Virus record (IMG/VR): IMGVR_UViG_3300030380_003294 | Source: a virus | Direction: 5' to 3' (one strand) | DNA: 64,000 nt | Part shown: positions 11,685 to 24,900 of the stretch, piece by piece | Position numbering within the stretch: position 1 is the stretch's first letter | How the letters are laid out: every line of letters begins with the position of its first letter | The notes under the pieces: model-generated | Database searches by the model: none | What the model was told of the DNA's origin: nothing | Seen by the model: the letters and a program-made list of their open reading frames with translations, nothing else | Program-made: the position numbers and the translations under genes

Positions 11685-12929
11685 TTATGATACGACGTTG
11701 ATAGTTCCTTGCATTGCTGCATGGAGTGTACACTGATAATAAAGAGTTGATGGAGCATCAAATGGAACTGTCCAGTAAAGAACAGTAGTTCCACTACCAC
11801 TTTGACCAGTAGTATAAGGTGTTCCAGATAAACCTTGAGTGGATTGAATTCTAAATGGGTGTCCACCACCTTCAACAGTATTGTCAAAGGCATAGGTGAA
11901 ACCTCTATGCACATAAAGCGTAGGGTCACGGTTCTCACCTGCAGGAAGTCCTGGACCGTTGATGAGATAGTCACTACTTGAGTTTTCTACGGGTGCACCT
12001 AACTCATACCAAAGGATAGGACCAGTAGTAGGAGTAGGAACCCAGTCAGTTCCGTTATAGAACAGACCATCACCCTGAGTCAATCCTGACATGTTAGTAT
12101 CAGTCAAAGCACTCAAAGTAGTAGTCAAAGTTCCAGAGAAGTTTACCGTTACAGTGTCTCCAGAAACTGCAGTAGTAATGTTAGTACCACCTGCAATAGT
12201 TAGCGTATCTGTTTGACTATTAGCAGTTGTAGATCCTGTGTCACCTGCAACAGAAGCAAACGTGTTAATACTACCAATACCTGCAGAGTCATTAGCAGGT
12301 AACCATTTGCTGCTAGAAGCATTCCACTTTAAAACTTGATCATTACTAGGAGGAGTTGTACTTGTATCAACGTCTGCAAGTAAATTAATACTTGAATACT
12401 CTGTTACTAATTTTGCTCTTGTATCTCCAACACCACCTGCGGTGATATTAATGTTTACATATGGATTATCGTCACCATTAACCGTAAAGTAATAACCAGT
12501 ATACCCTGCAGCAGCAGGAGCAACACCTAATGAATTATATTCGTTCTTATAAGAAAGAGTAGTTGGAATATCTACACCACCAGTCGCACCATCGAAAGTT
12601 GAAGTAACACCACCTGCAGCAAGAGTAATATCTCCAGTTCCGTTCGTAGCGAGTGGAATATTACCATTTGATGAAGAAATAATGCTATTTCCATTTACAT
12701 CTAACGCTGCAGTGAGGTTAGTGTAATCTGATGGTAGAAATGTACTACCGTTGTATCTTAAAACTTGTCCTACAGCAGGGTTAGTGGTACTGACAGTGAG
12801 TGTCGTACCATTACCTAGTGCAGTATATAGTTCATTGAAGTTATCATTGACCTTATCGCCTCCGACTCTCAGGGTATCCCCTGTGTTGTCATTTGCCGAT
12901 GTGCCAAGACCGATGGTTTGCTTAGCCAT
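11685..12929 (-). CDS. Baseplate/fibre-associated structural protein (gp9/gp10-like N-terminus, C-terminal cupredoxin-like domain)
   Basis: 414 aa. N-terminal IGLGTSANDNTGDTLRVGGDKVNDNFNELY resembles the T4 gp9/gp10 N-terminus. It ends GGHPFRIQ...LYYQCTLHAAMQGTINVVS. Confidence 0.75.
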   Translation of the reverse strand: MAKQTIGLGTSANDNTGDTLRVGGDKVNDNFNELYTALGNGTTLTVSTTNPAVGQVLRYNGSTFLPSDYTNLTAALDVNGNSIISSSNGNIPLATNGTGDITLAAGGVTSTFDGATGGVDIPTTLSYKNEYNSLGVAPAAAGYTGYYFTVNGDDNPYVNINITAGGVGDTRAKLVTEYSSINLLADVDTSTTPPSNDQVLKWNASSSKWLPANDSAGIGSINTFASVAGDTGSTTANSQTDTLTIAGGTNITTAVSGDTVTVNFSGTLTTTLSALTDTNMSGLTQGDGLFYNGTDWVPTPTTGPILWYELGAPVENSSSDYLINGPGLPAGENRDPTLYVHRGFTYAFDNTVEGGGHPFRIQSTQGLSGTPYTTGQSGSGTTVLYWTVPFDAPSTLYYQCTLHAAMQGTINVVS

Positions 12930-12949
12930 TACTCGCTACGATTTTTAGT

Positions 12950-12956
12950 TATTTAT
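12950..12956 (-). promoter_or_regulatory. T4-type late promoter (ATAAATA)
   Basis: tatttat overlaps the stop codon of the giant ORF, about 20 nt upstream of the next ATG. Confidence 0.6.
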
Positions 12957-15900
12957 GGGGTTTCTGGGTCTACCAACTCTTCACCGTATTGTGAAAGGTC
13001 GGGAGCAACATAATCATCAGGAACAACAGTGTCAATACTGATTCCTGGATTTTGATATCCAGTACCAGTTGCACTAAGTTCAACACCTGCAACACCAACC
13101 AAGGCACGGATGTTACCATCGAAACCAGAGATGGAGTCGATTCTCACGGTAGGTCTAGAAGTGTATCCAGAACCTCCACCAGTGACTTGAACTTTGTCAA
13201 TGAATCCAGATGTCAAGAGCGCAGTTGCAGATGCGTTCTGACCGAAGACAGATCCAAGATAATCAAAAGTGATCAGAGAGTTAGAAGATTCAATAACAGC
13301 AACTTCTCTGTCTGCAGTCTCACCCTGAATGTCAATAAAGTCACCAGGTTCAATCGGTGGTACAACTTCAGCAGCATCAACGTCTGCCTCAGAACCAACA
13401 TAGGAGAATGCGACGAAAGTAGATCCGAATCTAGGAATCTCAGAGAAGATGATTCTAGAACCAACAATCTCAAAACCAACTCCAGGTTCTTGGATCACAC
13501 CGTTGAGCGAACAGATGATGTTGTTCTCAGGTCTGATCACACTAGACTGAACACCTTCAGTTAGTGTCAAGGAGTAGAACACATCATTACGCTTAAGGTT
13601 GAAGGACTGTCTCAATGAGTCAAACTCGAATGAGATATCATCCAACTGTCTAAGTTTACCAATGTAGAATCCAGTGAAGGATGCTCCAAGATCAGGTGCT
13701 TCAGTAAACTGAATCTGGTTCGAGAACGCTGTGTATGCGTTTGTAGCACCTGGAGGTTGTAAGATACCATTAACGAAGATTAAGAGGTGTCCTGCGGGAT
13801 CTGGGAGGTATGCAGTACCATTATTCTGTGAGAGATCGAAGGTAGTTTGTGTACCATCGAATCCCTTGAAGGATCTCTTGACTCTTGCCTTAAGATCAAC
13901 CTGAGTAAGGATAACAGCACCGTATGAATCAGGTCCCTTGATAGCATCTCTAATTCCAAATGTTCCAGTAACATCGCTGAGATACAGACGCTTGTTGATA
14001 CCATCTGGGCGAACATCCTGCACGAGAGCAGCACCTGCACCTGCAGTGGTCACGATAGTTGAGATAGAAGCATATCCAACGGGGAATGTTGCTGCTAACC
14101 CGTAATCACCAATCTGATCACCCTGAGAGAATGTACCTTGGAACTCAACCATGTAGACATAGTTGTTAGCAATATCTACGTCAGTGATAATACCGAATGT
14201 GGCAGAATCTTGAACACCTGATATAACCTTATAAAGTCTGTTACCAACAGTAAAGTTGTTGAGACCACTAATAATATTAATACCAAATCTCTTGTATCCA
14301 ACAGATGCAATTCTGTCACCAACACCAATATCAAGTCCTGCATACTTAGAAACTGTAATGAACTGTCTAGAAGCAGAAGGATAAACAACTGCGGTTTTTT
14401 CAAATGTTCCAAGTAAGGATTCAGTATCAACGGTTAATTTACCACCAGTGTTGTCGGTAACTGCTGCCTCTGCCTTCAAGAATGAAGTAGGTTGTGCAGT
14501 TGCACCAGAGGTGTAACCTTTGAATGGAATGTCAGCAACGAAGTCACCCTTAAGATCAATAATATGAACACGAGTTTCAATAGCACTGATCTGAGCAGTA
14601 GTAGAGTTAGTTGCACCAACAATGTTGTCTGTAATTGCCCATGGACCTGCAGTAATCTTGACGTCAAGATACTTGTAGTTAGCATCTTCATGGAATCCAT
14701 AAACAACACCAGTGATAGAAGGAGCACCTTGTTTTGCAACAACTTCATTCATTGTGTAAGGACCGTCAGTGATATCACCGTCGATTCTAAATCTGGAGTA
14801 AACCTGTACTACTAAACCTTCATTCAGAGTAATTGATTCAACCTCAGCAGAAGCATCACTGAGTAATCCGTATACAAAATCAGCAGGATTAAGTCCACCA
14901 TTGTAACCAACAGGAATATTTCTAGTTCCAAACTTCTTAGTAGGAAGACTGATTCCATTGTAAGTTGTAAGACCGATGTAAGAAGTATCGTTACTTAACT
15001 GATTAGTAATGATCTGCAACAGATATCTAATTGCTGCAGAAATAGAATCCTTAGTATAGTTTGCAGCATCAGCAGAACTGTAGAAGGAATAGAATCCTGC
15101 AGCAGTAGAAGGAGATGTCAAACTATTATCCAGAGCAGCAATCATGTATTGCTCTAACAATTCAAGAATGTAGTTCTTAGTATTGAATTCGGTATCAGAG
15201 AAGAATGTCTTACCACTCTGAGATTGATAAGGATCGAGTCCACCTTTAGTGAGTTTTGCACCCCAAACAAGGACTCCAGTAGAACCATCACCAGTCCAAA
15301 CAGTAGCACCACTACCACTCTTGATGATAAATTTAGATCTTAGAGTTGTGAATCCGAAGGAGAACGTACCAGTAATGAAGCATCTATACCAACCATCTCC
15401 AAGAGGAATTGCACCAAATTGATCTACAGTAATACCACCCTGAGGAGTAAATGCTGTTCCAGTTGCACCAGTTGTAAGATTGAGGTCGAAGAATGCATTT
15501 TGCTCTCCTGCACCACCTGGATCAAGTTGCATTTGGAATCTGATTGATTGTGAACCAGATGTCTTGACAAATCCAGAGAAAGTAAATTGCTGAGTTTCAG
15601 TTTGACCAACAGCACCAGTATCAAACGATTCATTAGTAGTATCGAAAGTAACTGTTCCAGAGTCAAAGGTTTCAAAAGCAGTTAAGTTGAAATCTCTGTT
15701 AATTTCATGCTGACCATTTTGACCATTGTTAGGAGTAACATCTTCTGCAGTCTGAGTATCATCAGGAGCAAGACCTTGGTTAGCAGTAATAGTTACATTA
15801 GTTGTAGGTGTCCAGTTGATTTGATATGCCTCAGGATTAGTCCAGAGGTTTGTACCTGCAATTTGACCAGAGATGTTAGAAGTAATAAGTCTTGCACTTG

Positions 15901-18900
15901 AAAGAGTTCTAACATTAGCAACTTCGGTATACCAATCATAAGGACTACCAACAGCACCAACGGTAGCAGTTGCACCAGAGGTTTTACCTGTCAACGTATT
16001 AGATGCAACCCATGCAGTTCCTGTAAATGGACCAATAACAAAGAAGTTAGTTTCCGAATCATATTCAAGAACAGTTGCATAACCGCCAACATTAGATCTT
16101 ACAACTTCACCAACTTGGAATGCACCAGTTACACTAGAAATAGTAATACCATATGCAGTTGTCTTCTTCTTAGTATCTGTTATGACAAGATCATGAATAA
16201 CATCATTTACAGTTTGATTTACAAAGTCATCATAGACCCAAGATCCCGCACCAAACTGAGCAACAGTCTGAGTTTGAATCTCTTGTAAGTAGTAGTTACG
16301 GTTGTAAAGAATATGCTTGGCAGCACTTCTACCAATCGTCTTAGCAGGAGCAAGAATATTAACAGCAATCTCAATAAGTTCAGACCATCTGTTCTTAACA
16401 CTTGCTGCGTCAGTGATAGTTAAGGCATCACGAACTGCAGCATCATCGGTATGTAATGCTGAATATGCACCTGCTGTGCCACCTGTGTCCTCACCATTTG
16501 CATAGAGTAAATTATCGATTGCTTTCTTACCAAGTGCTTCAAGTTGCTCGATACCATATACGGTAGCAAGTAGTTCTTGTTCAACACCTTGAGAAATATT
16601 GAGAGTTAAAGCAGCAGTTAGATACTTGGAGATAGCATCGATAGTAGAGTTATTTCCACCAGTCTGTAAATCAGAGATTGCACTCTCAATAATGAGTTTC
16701 AAGTCTCTCTGACATTTTGCTTCACCAAGGGCACCGTTAGGATACTGGAATGCTTGATATTGAATACTGTTTAGCAGATATGTAAACTCAGTAGTGATGA
16801 GTCCAGTAATTTCTTCTGCGATAAAGTTTCTATTGAAGTAAAGTCTATCAGCAGCAATCTCAAAATCAGAACCAGTTGGAGCGATGATATCATTAATTGT
16901 AGTTACGAGGTTATCAATCGCAGTCTTGACGTTTGCACATCCACCTGCATCATTAGTAATACCCCAGTCACCAACGATAATACCGTCAGTGTTATCGTAA
17001 GTTAAATCGCCAGTAACTGCTTGCTTGGCATAGAATCCAAGTCTTTCGTGTGCATAAACAGATTGCCAAACTTGTAATCTGATATGTTGTAGTTCACCGC
17101 TTGCACCGATGTAGAATTTAGCAGCAGTAATAGTTTCTAAATTACCACCATCATAAAGATCATCTGCTAATCCGTCTAAGATCAATCCAAGGTCAGTCTT
17201 ACAACGTAACGTACCATCAGTAGATGTACCGTTAGCATTTCTAGGCATGTTAAGTGCAAGATCTGGATATCTTGTGAGCATATCAAATGCTGCTTTATCA
17301 ACGATAACCTTTCTGTTTGCACGAATCAAGTTAGCAGCATCACGGAATCTACCACGAGCATCTTCATCAATTTGATTGGTATAGATTTGATCAGTAGTTC
17401 CATTGTGATAATCAACAATGAATGGAACTTCACTGTAAGCATTAACTGTTCCACCAACAAACTCATATGCAGGAGAAACTTTAGTAACAGTTGCCAAATG
17501 ATCAGTTGGTGATGCAGCAGCAGCGTTTTCTAAGGTGTCTGTGATGATATCAAGTAAGTTATTGTTAGTAGTGACAACATCAGCACAATCAGTAAGACTG
17601 TACTCAGATTTTGTAATACCATTGCTTACTGCACTTGAGAAGGTGTGAGAGTATTGATCATCAGCACTTGATGCGCCAACGTTGATAGTAAACGTATCCG
17701 TGGTGTGGGCAGAGATCTTGAGGACTTGCTTAGAAGCAGGATCAGTAGATCTTGGGTATGCGGTAATCTTTTGGTTTCCATCTTTAGAACAAGTGAATGA
17801 TATTGCACCATCAGCAAGGAATACAGAGTCACCTGCAACTGTAATACCATTAGTAGTAGCAGATACGAAGGTGTGAGTGTAGTTACCGCCAGAAACGACT
17901 GCACTGGAGGTTGCACTTGCAAATGTATGTGTGCTTGTATTGGAATCAGTTCCAATGTCAACCGTGATAGTATTGTTCTTCTTAATGATTCCATTTGCAG
18001 ATGCAGATACGAAAGTATGAGCAAACTGATCAGCAGCACTAGAAGGACCAACATTAACAGTAAATGTATTGTCTGTCTTAGCAGAGATTCTTAACCATCT
18101 TCCAGAGAAAGGATCAGTGGAACGAGGATAAGTCTTAGTCTCATGATTACCATCTTTAGTGCAGGTGAAGGAGAGTGAATTATCAGCAATTCTGATCTTA
18201 TCTCCTACAACAAATCCATGAGCATTCTGAGTGATTTGTAAAACACCAGTTGCAGGATCATAAATTGCTCCTGTAGCAGTTGATGTTACACCATTTTGTG
18301 TGATAGAAACAATCTTATCAGAAGCAGGAAGAGTTCCATTTCCACCAGTTCCTCTAGAGAAGGTCAATGAATCTTGTGCAATCTTAATTGACTGACCAAC
18401 TTCCAAGTTATTATTAGGAAGTGTTAGAACAGCGATACCAGTTGAAGGATCGTAAGTTGCACCTGTTGGTTGATAGTTAACAGCAGTTGACTTACCTACA
18501 TTTAGTTCAAAAGTATTTGTAGTCTTATTCTGAACTTCTAACCAACCTAAAGCAGCAGGATCGTTAGGTCTTGGATAGGTATGGTTTGTAGAATTGCCAT
18601 CCATTGAACATGTAAATGTAATGGAGTTGTCTGCAAGTTGAATCCTATCACCATTTTGTAAATTATGACCATTAGAAGTAATAGTCAAAATACCAGTGGT
18701 AGCAACGTATGTCGCGTTTGTTGCAGTGATAGTAGAGTCACTTACCAGTCCATGACCAGAAGAAGTGACAACCATCTCACCAGTGGCAGGGTTGTATGTT
18801 GCACCAGAAGGAGTAACTTGAGTTACAGATTGTGAGAGGTAGTCAGACTCAGTAATTGTAGTATCAAACTTCTGAGTGAATCCATGATCACCTTGAACAG

Positions 18901-21900
18901 ACCATGGAGTGTTATTAACAACATACTTAAGTAACTTACCAACAGTTTCATAAGTGAATAAAGATTCAACAAGATCATCAGAAACATGCAACAGAGTGAC
19001 TGGGTTTGTAGTTCTGTCAACATAAAGTGCAGCAGCATCCCAGACATGGTTGTTAGATCCATTTCTAAGATCCTCTACCATTGCATCTAAGATATCTTTA
19101 ACATCATCTTCACAGTTAATCTCTCCACCAACAACAGTGAAGTAAGGATAACGTTCCTTCATGATATACACTGCTTCTTGAGCAATGAACTCTCTGTTAA
19201 GAATGACTAGATCAGCAGCATTGATGTATCTGTGTGTCTTCTGGTTAAATCCTCCAGTAGCACCAGTTTGGCGTTGTGTTTCACGAATAGCATCATTGTT
19301 AAAGTATTCGTCAATAGTAAAGTCTTGTGTGCCAGACCAATCATCAGTATAAGTTTGTGCATCAGCACCATCTAAGTGATAGAGTAACTTAGCGTTATTA
19401 TCACCTTGGAAGATACCGTTTTGAGGAGTGAATGGTACTGAAGAGTAACGAGTTGTAGATGATAATCTAATTTCATCAATATGACCGATGAAACCATTAG
19501 CACCTGCGTAATCCATACCAACTCTAAATGGTTTGGCAACATAAGAAGTGCTATCAGTTCCTGTTCCTCTTTCTACACCATCAAGGAAAATCTTAGTTGT
19601 AGTGCTAGATCTTTGAACAACAACATGTGTCCAAGTATCAGCAGTAACAGTAGTTGCTCCAGATGTTACTAGATCAGAACCATTTACATTGTATCTTACT
19701 TGTCCTGCTTCAAGGTATAGTCTACCTGCAACTTCAGATGCAGATGATGCTCTAAAGTCGAAGATAGTTCTTGTACCAGTAATATCGCTAGGACGGATAT
19801 AACATTCAATAGTGAATCCTGCAGAACCCCATGCAAAGTCAGAGGATGAATCTGTAGAGATATAATCACCTGCACCATCTAACAGTAGTGATGAAAGACC
19901 AAATTTCTTCTGTGCAGTATCTAACTGAGCATTACCAGAGAATGTTGCGATGTTATAATCTAAACCACCACGTTGTGATCTAGCAATCTTACCAAGGAAG
20001 ATAGTGGAACGTGCAGAGTTTGCACCAACAACTTCTGCCTTTGTATCTCTAGATCTAATGACTTGTCCTGCTTGGAAGAAACCAGAACCAATTCTATCGG
20101 TAAAGGTAAGTTTTCTAATTCTGGCACCTTCACTTGCTTGGAAATCACCAACATTATTACCGTATTCTACTTTGTAGTTACGAATGTATTCGTTTTCTTG
20201 TAAAGTGCCAACTGCATTATCATAAGGAATGACATAATTATTGACCTGCTCATTTGCAGGGAAACTACTATCAAAGGCAGTAGTATTGTCAGTGAAATCA
20301 ACGACACCAATCTGAGATTTGGAAATGTCATCAAGGACAACGTTTGGATAAGTCTGTGATGTAATTCTGTTGAATAGTAATCCAAAGAAGGAAGAACCTT
20401 CTGAAATATTAACCTGTCCAATAAACTCATTAGTTGTAGGATCTTGATAAGTTGCAGTAGCAGTTACACTAGCAACAACACCAGACTGTGCACCGATAAT
20501 AACATCATTCAACTGAATATCGAATAATCCAGGTGTAGATTGATAAGTACCCGCAACCTTACTCAAAGTAAGTGCATTAGTAACAGAAATATCAGTTCCA
20601 TATACAGGTGAATCTTCCTGATGAGCAACTGCTAGAGTTCCGTTCTGTCCTCTAGTTACAGTAAGAGTTGTAGATTCTGAACCAGTAGTAACACTGTCAA
20701 CTCTAAAGATTTCAGATCCTAACTGATAATTAGTTCCTGCAGCAAATACTCCTGCAGTGACTGCATAGTCAGCAGCAGTATTATCTGTTTTAAATGCAAC
20801 CATCTCAATAGATGTAGTTGCAGCACCGACTGTGTAACGTAACTGAGCAAGAGGAGTTTCAGCACCACTAGCAAGGTTGATCTGTTCAACTTTTGCAGTA
20901 TCACCAGTAAGGTTAGTAACATTCTCACCGAATATGAACAATCCGATGTTAGAAATGTTAGTAACAGCAACAATGTTAGCAGCAAAACCAGTTGCACCAA
21001 CAGTTGCTAGTTCACCGATAGTGTAAGTTCCTTGGGTGATGAAACCATTGATGGTATCACCAACGACAGTTGTAACAGTCAATCTTGCAGTACTAGAAGT
21101 ACCAACCAGAGTCATTCCTGGAGTTGGGAAGATACCACTAATATTGGTAAAGGTTACCGCAACAGTAGAAATTGGATTGATAGTAACATTGACATACTTG
21201 ATACTTGCAGGAGGTTGTGGTGGTTCTGCAAAGACGATTGAATCACCTTGAATCTCAAATGCAGTTCCAGGAGTTTGTACAACACCATTAAGAACAATCA
21301 TCAACTGGTTAGCGTTGGCAACAACGTTACCACCATCAACAGTTAGTGGGAAGGAGATCTTCTGACCATCGAACTGATTAGAAATATCATCAAGTCTTTG
21401 TACAACAGAAGTTAGAATGTTCTCAGAAGAAGTTAATCGCTTCTGTCTGAATAGTACTTCTGTATTATTAAATTCTGAGTAAACAGGTTCAACCAGAGCA
21501 AAGTTCTGAATATTAGGAACGATTGCATCTCTTGCAAGTTCAACAGATTTTGTTAACTGGAATGAAGTCTCTTTATTAGGAATAAATCCATAATCGTTAA
21601 GATCTAATTCACCAAATACTTTGAACGATGCAGGGTGAACGTTCTTGATAAGAATCTCTTTCCACTCACCGATAGAAACAGCAGACTTAACAGCATAAGA
21701 GAAGTCCTGATAGTAGTACGAGTCTTGGATCTTCTGAATAATCTCAGATGGTTTACCAACATCATCGATAAACTGACCAGTAGTCTTAGTAATAGAACCA
21801 ATTTCAAGAACACCTTTAGCAACCTTGATATCGGTCATGATACCAGAAGATTTAGAAATCACACCAGTGATTCTTTGACCAGTAGAGAATTCTCCAGTAT

Positions 21901-24900
21901 AGTCAACAATCTTAAGAACTCTAGGTCCAACTTGCCAACCTGCGTTAGTAGAAACAAATCCAGTAGCAGTTGCAGCAGTAAGTGAATCACCTTGATATAC
22001 AAGTTCACCTTCAAGGAAAGTAGAAGTAACAACGTTTGCAGTTGCACTACCACCGAAGGATTCAGTTAATACTTGCTGACGACCTGTACCTGCGTTGACA
22101 TATGATAATGCATCACCCAATGCAGCGTTAGCAGGAGTAATGGCAAGTTTTAATTGATCTGGTTCAAGAGAGTTAGCAGAACCTGCAATAGCATAGTAAG
22201 TAGTAGTTCCATTCAATCTACCAACAGCACCTGCAGATAGAGGGAATTCAACTCCATCACCAGTATCAACAGCATTCAGTGTAACAGCAGCACCGTTTTG
22301 AATACCATGTGGGAAAGCAAACTGTAGGAGTCCTAAGTCAAGGTTAACAACATAGTTGAAAGAAGATCTCAGTGATACAATAGGTGTTGAAGAATAACCT
22401 GCACCTGGATCTTTTACGATAATAGTATCAAGACGACCGTTCTTAATGGTTGCTTCTGCAATAGCACCAGAACCGCCACCACCAGTGATGACAACAGCAG
22501 GTGCTTGAGAATAACCAGTACCAGGATCAGTAACTGTAATACTATCAAGAATACTTGTAGATGTTAACTGAGCATTGATTGGGAATGTAATCTCAGGACG
22601 TAAAGTATAGTCATGAGGATAATCATAACCAAAGTTGTTGTTCTTAAGTTTCTTAATCTTACCAACACTAGAACCTTGAGTGAAGATAGATGCACCAGAA
22701 CCGAATGGAGGAATAACAACGACAACCTCAGCACCAGATCCAGTCAAACCAGATCCTAAGATGCCAGAAACTGACTCAATATCAATCGATGCAGTAGTAT
22801 ATCCTTTACCAGGAGATGTAACATCAATCTTTTGAATTTGACCAGGAATGGTTACACCGTTAGCATCAGTTCCATCAGCAACAGTGATAGAAACAAATCC
22901 ACCTTCACCATCACCTGCAATAGGAACACCTGCGTATTCTCCTACAGCATATTCAGTTCCAGGATCATTAATTTGAATTCTTTCAATTTGTCTGGTTGAT
23001 TGAATAGCAGAGACAATAGGCAATCTGGTATAGAAACCACCTGGGTTTACAATACGAACAGAGTCGATAGATCCAACTGCTCTTGTAGATGAAGTTCCAT
23101 AACTTGTTTGGTTGATATCAGCAGCACCTTCTGGTTCGTTAAGAAGAGGGAACTTGATAATATCAGCACCACGAGTAATGGTTTGACCTGCAATAGAAGA
23201 GATCTCAAAATTACCCTTATATGGAGAATCTACAACATCAAGGTAACTACCAGGTACAACAGGAGAATCATCACCAGTTCTAGAAGGATCAAAGTAATAT
23301 GAGATGTTAGTAACAATACTTTCGTCAACTTTTAGTTTTACAGAAGGTGTAGGAGCACCTGCACCACTGATACCAGGGGTTCCAACTCTTTCAATAGAGT
23401 TGAATGAATATTCAAGTTTGTATAGACTATCCTTAGCAAATGATAAGTTACCACCAACCAGTGAGGAATGACTTAAGTCAAAGATGTATTGGTGACCATA
23501 GTACATCTTCAGAGTTGGAGACTTCATGAAGATATTGACATTTCCTGCAGTTGTAGCAGGTGAACTCACTGCTGCTTGATCTAACTTGTAAGTAAACTCA
23601 AGAGGACTAATTACTTGATCGACTGGGAATGCACCATCGTATTCATCATAGGTTACACCACTAACTTCTTGAGATGGGTTGCCATCAACGTAAATGACAT
23701 CTCCTTTAGAAAGATAATGACTAGTGTCAGTAATTACATAAACTTCATCACTATTAGCAACAGAAGAAACTTGTAAGATCTTATCAAGGTTTGCGACTAA
23801 AGTGATCTTAAGAACACCAGTCAGATTAGTAACCTGTATAGTGCTTCTTGCTGAGTTGAATGAAACATCGCCAGAAGAAAGTTGTACAACAGAACCAACA
23901 ATGAATGGGGAAGAACCAGATACTTCATCAATTCTTACAGAATAATCTTCGGTCGCAAATGGTTTGAACTTAGCAAACGAATCAAGATTTTGACTACCTG
24001 CAGCATTGTAAGTACCATCTAAGTTGTACTTATCAAGATCAATATCAAAAGTTCCTGGAGTTGTATTAACAACCAGTGGGAATGAGAAGTTTTCAATGAT
24101 ATTGATATCATTAGGAATAGGTCCAACAATACCATAAGTTGATTGTTCGTTGAACTGTTCAGTTATTAAATTACCAGTAGCAGTGTCATTAGTCCATGTG
24201 TTGTTGTTTACAGCAAGGTAAACTTTATTATTCTCATTATCAATTCTTACAATGTAACCGCTATTGACAAACTGTCCAGAATCATTGTTTAAACGTAGTT
24301 TAGTACCAACACTAAATCTAAATGCCTGATTAATCGTTAACTCTTGTATATTATCAATCTTGATTGTAGGAGTAACCTTGAAGAAATATCTGTCCTTAAC
24401 AACAGCAGATACGTTAAGTTTCTGAGATCCAGGTGAAGGAACAGTAGCAGTTCTAGAACTCCAAACATCTTGAGTATAAGTAAGAGTTTCAGTTCCAGGA
24501 GTCATATTGATTGTAGCATCATCAAAGTCAAGAGATTGGAATCCTGCTTCTGATAAAGAATAACCAGTATTCTGCATAGTGAGTGTACTACCAATGACGG
24601 GAGTAACTGCAGTTCTAGTAAATCCTAATTGAGTATTAGTTTGTGTAGAAATTGTACCAAGTCTTGCAGAATCAGCGTTCTTATCAACTTTAAGTGCAAA
24701 ACCATCATAATCAATCAAATCATATCTGTTAAGGTTAGTAGTGAACCATGCAGTATCAGACCAAGTATATGAGAATCCAAATGCACCTGTAGTTGGGAAT
24801 ACAGAAACATCAGAAGGAACAGTAGGAGTGATTGCTCTATTTCTTAATCTAAAGTTATCAACCTGGAACTGACCTTGCTCATTAACTCTAAAGTTACCTG

